A stretch of 64,000 nt of DNA from an uncultured Gammaproteobacteria bacterium (GTDB taxonomy: Bacteria > Patescibacteriota > Microgenomatia > UBA8517): NCBI GenBank assembly GCA_964494885.1, contig CAZBTH010000002.1, forward strand, positions 29,271-93,270, given 5' to 3'. The notes beneath the pieces are model-generated. The model saw only the letters and a program-made list of their open reading frames with translations. It did not search any database and was not told the DNA's origin. Shown here one piece after another: positions 57,078 through 64,000 of this stretch; position 1 is the first letter of the stretch, and each line of letters begins with the position of its first letter. The translations under genes were made by a program, and so were the position numbers.

Positions 57078-57329
57078 TTATAGCAGCCTGCTAATGACAA
57101 GGACTAAAAGTGAACCCGCAACTGCAACAAAGAAAGATGTTAAGTTAAAGCCGGTGACCCCGACTCCAAAAAATCTTTGTCCCAGATAACCACCCACAAC
57201 TGCTCCGATAATTCCCAAAATGATTGATCCAACAATTCCCCCCATTGAACTGGGAGAAATAAAATTGGCAATCGCCCCTGCGATAAGTCCAAAAATAACC
57301 CAATAAATAATTTCAGTCATATTTATCAC
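57078..57329 (-). CDS. GlsB/YeaQ/YmgE-family transglycosylase-associated membrane protein
   Basis: Gly-rich TM pattern GAIANFI...GGIVGSIILGIIGAVVGGYLG. Confidence 0.6.
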   Translation of the reverse strand: MINMTEIIYWVIFGLIAGAIANFISPSSMGGIVGSIILGIIGAVVGGYLGQRFFGVGVTGFNLTSFFVAVAGSLLVLVISRLL

Positions 57330-57333
57330 CCCC

Positions 57334-57528
57334 TTATTTTGTCTGATTAACGTTTACATCAATCTCACTGGGTATATTTACCTGCGGGGTTCCCATTTGT
57401 CTAAGCGCGGGAAGCCCATACACAAATCCCAGATAACCCAAAATAACCAAAACTACAATTACGACGATCATTCCCATGGGTCCACCTGAATTGTCGGAAG
57501 ACGGCGGATTATTTACAATAGTTGTCAT
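57334..57528 (-). CDS. Small membrane protein
   Basis: Single TM helix. Confidence 0.3.
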   Translation of the reverse strand: MTTIVNNPPSSDNSGGPMGMIVVIVVLVILGYLGFVYGLPALRQMGTPQVNIPSEIDVNVNQTK

Positions 57529-57608
57529 ATAATATTCACCTCTTTTCCAAAAAGGCTGGCATTTAAACCTTTAATTTTGATTCAAATGCCAAGTCCTTAC
57601 CCTAGAAC

Positions 57609-57872
57609 CTAAAGCTTGCTCTTAACAGCTTTCTTTGCCTCTTCAACCTTCTTCTCCCCTTGATTAACCACGTCCTTGGCCTGATCGGCAACACCCGATG
57701 CAACCTCTTCTACTTTATCCTTAACTTCACTAAACTTTTTACCAATTGCTTTCCGATTTCTCTCCTCGGAAAGAACAACTGCTGTTGCCCCTACTGCTGC
57801 TCCTACTACGGCTCCTACCACCCCAGCGGCAATAGGACTCATCCCTTTGTCATTATTTGCCATCTTTAACAC
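57609..57872 (-). CDS. Small stress-protein-like membrane protein (YtxH-like)
   Basis: Gly/Ala-rich TM helix plus a charged coiled tail. Confidence 0.35.
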   Translation of the reverse strand: MLKMANNDKGMSPIAAGVVGAVVGAAVGATAVVLSEERNRKAIGKKFSEVKDKVEEVASGVADQAKDVVNQGEKKVEEAKKAVKSKL

Positions 57873-58089
57873 CCCCCTTCTTTACGAACATGTCCTTCAA
57901 ATAAATAATTCCTTTTTTAATAAAATCCTTAAGTTCTTCTGCATCTTTTGCAATAGCGTCTACTTTTTCTAAAATTGAAGTTAGTTCTTTAAGAGTGTTG
58001 GAAAGGTTAAATGCCGAGTACGACACAAACCCTACCAGTACTAAAAATCCGATTGCCAAAGAGTAATTTAGAAGATCGTAAGAATTCAT
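57853..58089 (-). CDS. Small membrane protein (DUF948-like)
   Basis: N-terminal TM helix plus a charged helix. Confidence 0.3.
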   Translation of the reverse strand: MNSYDLLNYSLAIGFLVLVGFVSYSAFNLSNTLKELTSILEKVDAIAKDAEELKDFIKKGIIYLKDMFVKKGGVKDGK

Positions 58090-58097
58090 ACTCTTAG

Positions 58098-58394
58098 TTA
58101 TGTTGATTTTCCGGTAACTTCAAAAATACTTTTAATCTGGGGGTTTGTGACCTTGTAGAATATATTTTTACCTTGACGCCTAGACTTAACCAGCCCTGTA
58201 AGCCTTAATATTTTTAAATGTTGGGAGGTGTTAGATTTTCTGACCTTTAGAACTTTTGATAGTTCATTGACCGTAACTTCGAAATTCATAGTCATACTTA
58301 GAATTTCAAGTCTTTTGGAGTTGGCAATAGCTTTGAACAGTTCGGCCATTTGTTCATAAACTTTTGGTGTGTATGAAAGTTTATTTGTTACCAT
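58098..58394 (-). CDS. ArsR/SmtB-family HTH transcriptional regulator
   Basis: LFKAIANSKRLEILSMT...VNELSKVLKVRKSNTSQHLKILRLTGLV. Confidence 0.75.
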   Translation of the reverse strand: MVTNKLSYTPKVYEQMAELFKAIANSKRLEILSMTMNFEVTVNELSKVLKVRKSNTSQHLKILRLTGLVKSRRQGKNIFYKVTNPQIKSIFEVTGKST

Positions 58395-58444
58395 ATCTAA
58401 TATGCTAATATGTTACATATTTGTAACATATACTAACACCTGTG

Positions 58445-59074
58445 TCAAGTCCCTAAATCGGTAAACACCACAAGACGTTTACTGTAACTCTTATTTGCTT
58501 TGTCCCACGAGCCATAACAAGTAATAAGATTAAGATGAGCAGCATCGTCTAGCGTGAATATCTCTTCTGCATAACCCGGACTATAAATACGGTTTTCCCG
58601 TACAACAAAAGTGATCAGTTCTCCCTTATTATCCTCTATGAACAATCTGTCTCCTACTTTTAATTTATCTAAATCAAAAAACACACCGGGCTCACCACTC
58701 TTTCCGTCTATATGTCCGTCAATTACAGCGCTTCCTACTGCCCCCGGCACTGTCCCGGAACTAAACCAACCAACGTTGGTAACACTGCTTGGCACGTCCA
58801 TTTCACCATTAGATTTGATTCCCACATATTCAACGTATGTATCAACATTTATAGTTGGAATTATCAAACGTACAGGCAATTTTTCTTCTCTGTTTTGAGA
58901 TTCGTTTGCTAAAACACTGCTGCCAAATTGGGAATACCAAATATTGTTCCATATTTGACCCATAGCAAAAAATAGAATTAGTATAGAAGAAAACAACACA
59001 AAAATTATTTTTATCAAAGATTGTCTTAAGGTTGTTATCTTTATATATTTACGCGATTGAATATCCTTGTACAT
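58445..59074 (-). CDS. Sortase family transpeptidase
   Basis: N-terminal TM helix; VIDGH (His); LNLITCYG (TLxTC); RLVVF (Arg). Confidence 0.7.
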   Translation of the reverse strand: MYKDIQSRKYIKITTLRQSLIKIIFVLFSSILILFFAMGQIWNNIWYSQFGSSVLANESQNREEKLPVRLIIPTINVDTYVEYVGIKSNGEMDVPSSVTNVGWFSSGTVPGAVGSAVIDGHIDGKSGEPGVFFDLDKLKVGDRLFIEDNKGELITFVVRENRIYSPGYAEEIFTLDDAAHLNLITCYGSWDKANKSYSKRLVVFTDLGT

Positions 59075-59087
59075 AGAAGTTGAAAAA

Positions 59088-60056
59088 TTACCGTCTTCTA
59101 ATTTTTACAATTAAAAAGACTATCGACAGTATGAGGAAAGTCGTAATTGACGCATCAAATGGAGTTTCATATAAACTTTTTATGGGGCTAAAAAGATTTT
59201 GGGATGCCGAGGATGCTATTTTCTCAACCAACATCGGTGTTGGAACAGCTGACGGGGTAGCAATTATGGCAGTTGATGGAAGTTTTGCTTTAACCGCCAC
59301 TATCGGCTTTGGTTTAACCATGACTGCCCCCTCTCCCGGAATCGCGTCGGTAAACACTACCAGGCGCTGGGGATAGGTGCCGTTTACCTGATTCCAAATT
59401 CCTTCACACGTTATCAAATTAAGATGGGCAAGCCCGTCACCGGATGTGAAAACAGTTGTGGGATCGGCGTTTCGGTCAAAAGATTGCACCGCTCTTACCA
59501 TAAACGCAAGAGTTTCGCCTTTGTCATTTAATACATATACCTTATCGCCAATTTTAAGTTTATCTAAGTTATAAAAAACAAATGGTACCCCATTACTTAT
59601 ACCGAAGTGTCCCCCGATAACCGAACTCCCCACCTGACCCGGATGAGGACCAAGAGAAAACCAGGCGACGTTTACCGAACCTATGGGAACATCCATTCTT
59701 CCATCATTTGTAATAAGTGCATCCTCAACTACCGAATCTACACCTATAGTCGGGATTTGAAGACGTACCGGAAGCCCCCGGGGAATCCCACCTGGGTCCC
59801 TAATGCTGGAATATGCAAGCTGGGAGCCGGGACTAATTGATACATCAAAAAGCGGAGGGGAACCGACATTTGCAATATTGCCCGTTGTTGGAGCAAATTT
59901 TGTTTTTGGAAATCTCCATCCAAAAGATTTGTCAGTGAATACATTTACAGAGCTATTTTGATTAATAACATTTGGCAACCAAAAAAAACCTGCGCCAAAG
60001 ACTCCAATCAATGCTGATGTAAATACGATAAATTTGGTTAAATTTGATATCTTCAT
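59088..60056 (-). CDS. Sortase family transpeptidase (paralog) with an extended N-terminal region
   Basis: VIGGH, LNLITCEG, RLVVF; the N-terminal region contains SPPLFDVSISP, shared with the upstream substrate-like gene. Confidence 0.7.
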   Translation of the reverse strand: MKISNLTKFIVFTSALIGVFGAGFFWLPNVINQNSSVNVFTDKSFGWRFPKTKFAPTTGNIANVGSPPLFDVSISPGSQLAYSSIRDPGGIPRGLPVRLQIPTIGVDSVVEDALITNDGRMDVPIGSVNVAWFSLGPHPGQVGSSVIGGHFGISNGVPFVFYNLDKLKIGDKVYVLNDKGETLAFMVRAVQSFDRNADPTTVFTSGDGLAHLNLITCEGIWNQVNGTYPQRLVVFTDAIPGEGAVMVKPKPIVAVKAKLPSTAIIATPSAVPTPMLVEKIASSASQNLFSPIKSLYETPFDASITTFLILSIVFLIVKIRRR

Positions 60057-60964
60057 CGCTTTCTACGGGTTAAAAAGTAAACTATGACTAACACCGCCAA
60101 AATGCCGGACAGAATGGCCCACACTACAATTTTGGGATTATTAGTTACCAGCATAAGAGGACTGATAGATACATCAAAAAGTGGAGGGGATTTTGCATTT
60201 GGATTGTCGACTTTAACGGATAAAGTGGCCATGCCCTCCGCTTTTAATCCATTGGCATAAGCTGTAACAGTAACAGTGTCTGTGGTCGTTTGCCTTATTG
60301 GCATTGTACATGAATAAATCCAGACTTCATTTATATCTAAAAGTTGGTTGCCATTAGTGTCCCCCAATTTTCCTGACATTGCGCTACATTTATCATCAGT
60401 GACTGCTACATCATTTAAAGACACCAAGCCGGGATTATTTACTTTATACGTATATGTTATATCGCTCCCGCCTTCCGGCAAGACCAACGGGTACTCAACT
60501 TTTGTGGTGTTAATTATACTCACAAGAGGTGGCAGATTTTTAGAACCGACCACAACTGTTGAGTAAGCTTTGTGTGTTGCAGTTGTGTTGTTAGCAATAC
60601 CTGTGGCAGTTGCAGTATTTTTAGTTGTACTGGAGATCGTGGTGGTACAGTTAAATCTCCATGTTTCACTATAGTCGAGTTTGGAATTATTGTTATCGTC
60701 CCCTGTTACAAATTTAACAGACCCGCATTTGTCATCGACAACATTTACGTTGCTCAATGGTACCTCCGGGAGAAAATTTTTAACCGCGTAGTTGTAAATT
60801 ACATTACCTCCGCCACTGGGAAGATTTAAAGGTGTCGGCACTGAGGTAATGCCTATCAAGGGAACATACAGCACGCTTTCACTTTCCTGCGCTGAAACAT
60901 CTCTCACTAAAAAAGCAAACTGCGTTAAAAAAGTTAGCAGTACCGCCACAAACTTTATTTTCAT
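60053..60964 (-). CDS. Secreted surface protein with a C-terminal TM anchor and basic tail (RRKR); candidate sortase substrate without a canonical LPXTG
   Basis: Signal peptide; Thr-rich repeats; C-terminal hydrophobic segment plus RRKR. Confidence 0.5.
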   Translation of the reverse strand: MKIKFVAVLLTFLTQFAFLVRDVSAQESESVLYVPLIGITSVPTPLNLPSGGGNVIYNYAVKNFLPEVPLSNVNVVDDKCGSVKFVTGDDNNNSKLDYSETWRFNCTTTISSTTKNTATATGIANNTTATHKAYSTVVVGSKNLPPLVSIINTTKVEYPLVLPEGGSDITYTYKVNNPGLVSLNDVAVTDDKCSAMSGKLGDTNGNQLLDINEVWIYSCTMPIRQTTTDTVTVTAYANGLKAEGMATLSVKVDNPNAKSPPLFDVSISPLMLVTNNPKIVVWAILSGILAVLVIVYFLTRRKR

Positions 60965-60968
60965 TGCA

Positions 60969-62270
60969 TCAAGTGCGTTTTAGCTTGAGTAAGAAGAATG
61001 AAAACAGGAAGACTCCTCCTACAAGCGTGTACCACGGAATATTGTTTCTCTGAGAACTAAAACCTGTATTTGGAAGACAAGGGACCAAAGGATTGCCCGT
61101 AGTCGGACATGGCGCACTTGCAGTACCCCCAACAAGTTTAGCCGGCCCATAGCTACCTATCGCGCAATCATTTCTACCGGCAATTTGGAACCACATAGGC
61201 TGGTTTGCAGGTAAATTATTTATTGTAGTCGAAAATCCTGTGACGTTGGTATTGTATAACCAATTCGCGTTTGAAGGACCGTACTGAATATTAAAACTGT
61301 CTACACCCGAGTTGGGACCCCAGCTTAAAAAGATACTTGTGGAGCTTACCCTTCTCGAATCTATTATACTCAGAGCAACCAGTGTACTTGGAAGCGGAGG
61401 GCAGGATATTTCAGCCGGTCCGGCCGCAGAAGTGGTTGTTGTTGATGTGGTTGTGGCAGTTGTAGTTGCAGCTGCGGCACATGACGGGTTATTAACCGTT
61501 GTATTTCTAAAAGTAATTGCGGCCGTTTGAGCCAAGACTCTTCCATTAACAGTCGCTCCACCCGCGGGGAAGTCGACCGACGCTTGCGCCAAGACAGTCC
61601 CTTCAAATGTGGTGGTTCCGTTAAAAGTCGCAGAAGATCCGACTGTCCAAAATACATTACAAGACTGCACTCCTCCGCTTAGAAGTACTCTACTTCCCGT
61701 ATCGGTAATAAGCGTGGATGCCATACGGAATATAAAAATGGAATCTGCATCACCACTAAGTGTGAGGTCTCCTGTCAAATTAGTAGTGTCAGCCGGTACA
61801 TCATAAACACCTTGCGTTAAGGTTTGACCGCCAAGTTGAGCCAAAAGAGTTGTGTCGGCCGATCTCCCGTTGAGATCGGTAACAACTGCCGTCGCGTCCG
61901 TTTGACCTTGCAGTGCAACTGCATTCTGATACTGAATAGTGCCATTATTTATAGTTCCATTTGTCGTAACCCCAGTACAAGGACTGGGGAAACCTGTACA
62001 CGTAGCAGGGCTATCTAACCCCATATCACCATCGTTAAGTACAGTTCCGGCGACATCATTGGTAATTGTAGATTTTGCCAAAGCGGCAAAGTTATCTACA
62101 GTCAGTAACGAAACCGCTGCCGGATTTGAATATGCTTGAGCCTTAGGTATTGGCACAAAAACAAATTGCACAAAGACCATTAGAACTACTGCCAAAATTT
62201 TCTTTATTATATTTAATGTTTTCATTGTAATCTCCCTGAAACAATCTCGACCAGCTGAACTATCCCCCAT
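60969..62270 (-). CDS. LPXTG-type cell-surface protein (LPNTG, then a hydrophobic segment, then a KLKRT tail)
   Basis: Signal peptide; Thr/Ala/Ser-rich low-complexity regions; classic sorting signal at the C-terminus. Confidence 0.6.
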   Translation of the reverse strand: MGDSSAGRDCFREITMKTLNIIKKILAVVLMVFVQFVFVPIPKAQAYSNPAAVSLLTVDNFAALAKSTITNDVAGTVLNDGDMGLDSPATCTGFPSPCTGVTTNGTINNGTIQYQNAVALQGQTDATAVVTDLNGRSADTTLLAQLGGQTLTQGVYDVPADTTNLTGDLTLSGDADSIFIFRMASTLITDTGSRVLLSGGVQSCNVFWTVGSSATFNGTTTFEGTVLAQASVDFPAGGATVNGRVLAQTAAITFRNTTVNNPSCAAAATTTATTTSTTTTSAAGPAEISCPPLPSTLVALSIIDSRRVSSTSIFLSWGPNSGVDSFNIQYGPSNANWLYNTNVTGFSTTINNLPANQPMWFQIAGRNDCAIGSYGPAKLVGGTASAPCPTTGNPLVPCLPNTGFSSQRNNIPWYTLVGGVFLFSFFLLKLKRT

Positions 62271-62581
62271 GCAAGTACGGCATAAACAACCATGGCAACA
62301 AGTGTGGCCGGCTCAAGAACCGCCGTGACTTCTACCCCCGGAGTGGTTGCCTGACGAAATATTCCGACAAAAGGCATAATAAATATTTGTGTTAATGAGT
62401 TTATAAAACTTACAAAGCCGCTTGCGGGGTTTGCTCCGGTCATCTTGAATACAGTGCGGAATACCAATAACACCTCGATTATTCCAAAAAGGAAATAAAT
62501 CAAATATTGAAGAGTCTGCGAACTATCTGCTTGTTCTTCCCCCGCCGATATTGTTGTTTTTCTTGTTATAGTGTCTATCAT
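62222..62581 (-). CDS. Small membrane protein (possibly YggT-like)
   Basis: Two or three TM helices; weak similarity only. Confidence 0.3.
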   Translation of the reverse strand: MIDTITRKTTISAGEEQADSSQTLQYLIYFLFGIIEVLLVFRTVFKMTGANPASGFVSFINSLTQIFIMPFVGIFRQATTPGVEVTAVLEPATLVAMVVYAVLAWGIVQLVEIVSGRLQ

Positions 62582-62718
62582 TTAGATGTTACTAAACTGT
62601 AACATATTAATGTTAAAATAAATTTTCACGGGTTGTCAATACCCAATTGCTGGCACTTGACAAAGTTTGGTATCTGCGATGTAATGAAACTAAGTTACTA
62701 ATTTGTAACTATATATAA

Positions 62719-63141
62719 ATGAAGAAAATACTTATTGTCGAAGACGAACCATCTTTCCTTAACCTACTCCACAAAGAGTTAACTTCAAAAGGATATACCG
62801 TTGTTGACGCCAAGGATGGAAAAGAAGGTTACGATACCGCAGTTCTTGTTAAACCGGATCTTATTCTTCTGGACATCCTTATGCCAGGAGTTGACGGCCT
62901 CACCATGCTCGAACTTTTGAGAAAAAGCAAGGAGGGAAAGGACATGAAGGTTATTATTCTCACCAATTTGGAGCTGGACAATAACGTAATGAAACGGGCG
63001 CTGGACGCCAAACCTCTTTATTACTTCGTAAAAAGCGATATCGCCCTTTCCGCCTTAATTGAAAAAATAGATGAAGAGCTAATGGAGCAGGAAGTAAAAG
63101 AACTGGTCGAAGAAGACAACGAACATAAAGGAATCATTTGA
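62719..63141 (+). CDS. Stand-alone response-regulator receiver (CheY-like) domain protein
   Basis: KILIVEDEP...DLILLDILMPGVDG...KVIILT receiver signature with the phospho-acceptor Asp. Confidence 0.75.
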   Translation: MKKILIVEDEPSFLNLLHKELTSKGYTVVDAKDGKEGYDTAVLVKPDLILLDILMPGVDGLTMLELLRKSKEGKDMKVIILTNLELDNNVMKRALDAKPLYYFVKSDIALSALIEKIDEELMEQEVKELVEEDNEHKGII

Positions 63142-63392
63142 TACCCGCAATGAATGCTATTATCTGGATCGCAATCGGAATAATCGGAGGTTGGTTAATC
63201 GCAACATTTGTAAAACATTCCACAAGCAATCTTATCGATCTTATTTTTGGCCTTGTTGGCAGTTTAGTCGGCGCCTTTGTTGCCAGCTCACTTATCGGCA
63301 TCCCGTCAACAAGCGTTTTTACTTTTATATCAGCAGCAATTGGGGCCGTAGTTTTTATTTTTCTGGGAAGGCTTCACGGGATTTTTAAGTAG
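63138..63392 (+). CDS. GlsB/YeaQ/YmgE-family transglycosylase-associated membrane protein
   Basis: IGIIGGWLIATFV...GLVGSLVGAFVASSL. Confidence 0.6.
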   Translation: MIPAMNAIIWIAIGIIGGWLIATFVKHSTSNLIDLIFGLVGSLVGAFVASSLIGIPSTSVFTFISAAIGAVVFIFLGRLHGIFK

Positions 63393-63452
63393 AGACGAGA
63401 ATTCTTTTTTCTGGTTTTGCAAATATCTTGTTGCCATGTAATAATTAGTGAC

Positions 63453-64000
63453 ATGAAGTTTGTCTTCGTGTCTGGTGGGGTTGTCTCGGGTTTGGGTAAA
63501 GGCATTACCTGTTCTTCAATCGGCGCCATTTTAGAATCTTTCGGAATCAAAGTCACCGTCGTTAAAATTGATATGTATCTCAATGTTGACGCGGGAACAA
63601 TAAGGCCCCAAGAACACGGAGAAGTTTTTGTAACCGAGGATGGATTAGAAACCGATCAGGATTTGGGTAATTATGAGCGCTTTTTGAATCATTCGCTCCA
63701 CAGGGAAAATTATATGACTGCAGGCCAAGTATATAAATCGGTTATTGACCGCGAACGGGCGTTTGGTTATGAAGGCGAAGACGTGGAAGCGATCCCCCAT
63801 GTAACCGATGAGATAACCAACCGAATAAAGGCCGCAGGAAAAATTAACAAGGCTGATGTAGTAATAATTGAACTTGGGGGAACAGTCGGTGAATATCAAA
63901 ATGCCATCTTTTTTGAAGCAAGCAGAATTTTAAAGCTCAGAAAACCCAAAGACGTTCTCCAAATACATGTCACTTACCTCCCCTTCCTTAAAAATATTGG
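63453..64000 (+). CDS. pyrG: CTP synthase, 5' portion; continues past the window end
   Basis: MKFVFVSGGVVSGLGKGITCSSIGAILE...GEVFVTEDGLETDQDLGNYERF aligns to the PyrG N-terminus. Confidence 0.9.
   Translation, partial: MKFVFVSGGVVSGLGKGITCSSIGAILESFGIKVTVVKIDMYLNVDAGTIRPQEHGEVFVTEDGLETDQDLGNYERFLNHSLHRENYMTAGQVYKSVIDRERAFGYEGEDVEAIPHVTDEITNRIKAAGKINKADVVIIELGGTVGEYQNAIFFEASRILKLRKPKDVLQIHVTYLPFLKNI

Noticed and set aside
1-64000. CRISPR arrays, rRNA genes, additional tRNAs
   Set aside because: I saw no regularly spaced direct repeats of 25-40 bp, no rRNA-like conserved stretches, and only one cloverleaf (tRNA-Leu at 33311-33396) in the non-coding segments I inspected.

Overview
This is an AT-rich, gene-dense bacterial window, about 60% A+T by eye, with TGA used as a stop and many 4-bp ATGA overlaps between adjacent genes. 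The gene content is a tentative fit to a Candidate Phyla Radiation / Patescibacteria-like organism (inference only): many small hypothetical proteins, several sortases with LPXTG-type substrates, YerC/TrpR-like regulators, and a GyrA with a lineage-specific insertion. Core genes I recognise: gyrA, metK preceded by a SAM-I riboswitch, dnaB, hisS, rpmE followed by a short RF1-like release factor, rpsF-ssb-rpsR, ychF, yebC, and the 5' part of pyrG, plus one tRNA-Leu(CAA). Accessory content: (a) a glycosylation cluster with two GT-C and two GT2 genes and a GH-like protein (27-6018); (b) three sortase loci with substrates; (c) an XerC-like tyrosine recombinase module (21.0-22.7 kb); (d) an integrative element of roughly 7 kb that starts with a large serine recombinase overlapping the 5' end of ychF and carries an excisionase-like HTH protein, a Rep-like protein, an XRE regulator, an S26-like peptidase and a trypsin-like protease (48.3 to about 55.5 kb). 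The most unusual features: a roughly 1.06-kb ORF-free, GC-elevated, hairpin-rich region (36981-38054) with its own promoters and an apparent terminator/antiterminator switch directly in front of a GspS-like ATP-grasp / small Cys protein / M20 peptidase / hisS operon; two paralogous YerC-like genes, each tightly bracketed by its own roughly 26-28-bp palindromes; a metK 3'-end remnant that keeps the MetK amino-acid sequence through synonymous-only changes, next to a pair of diverged tandem paralogs; a GC-rich secreted-protein gene bounded by 15-bp inverted repeats; a G8 homopolymer that splits an ORF; and a near-identical 34-bp promoter element upstream of two ribosomal-protein operons. I found no rRNA and no CRISPR array.
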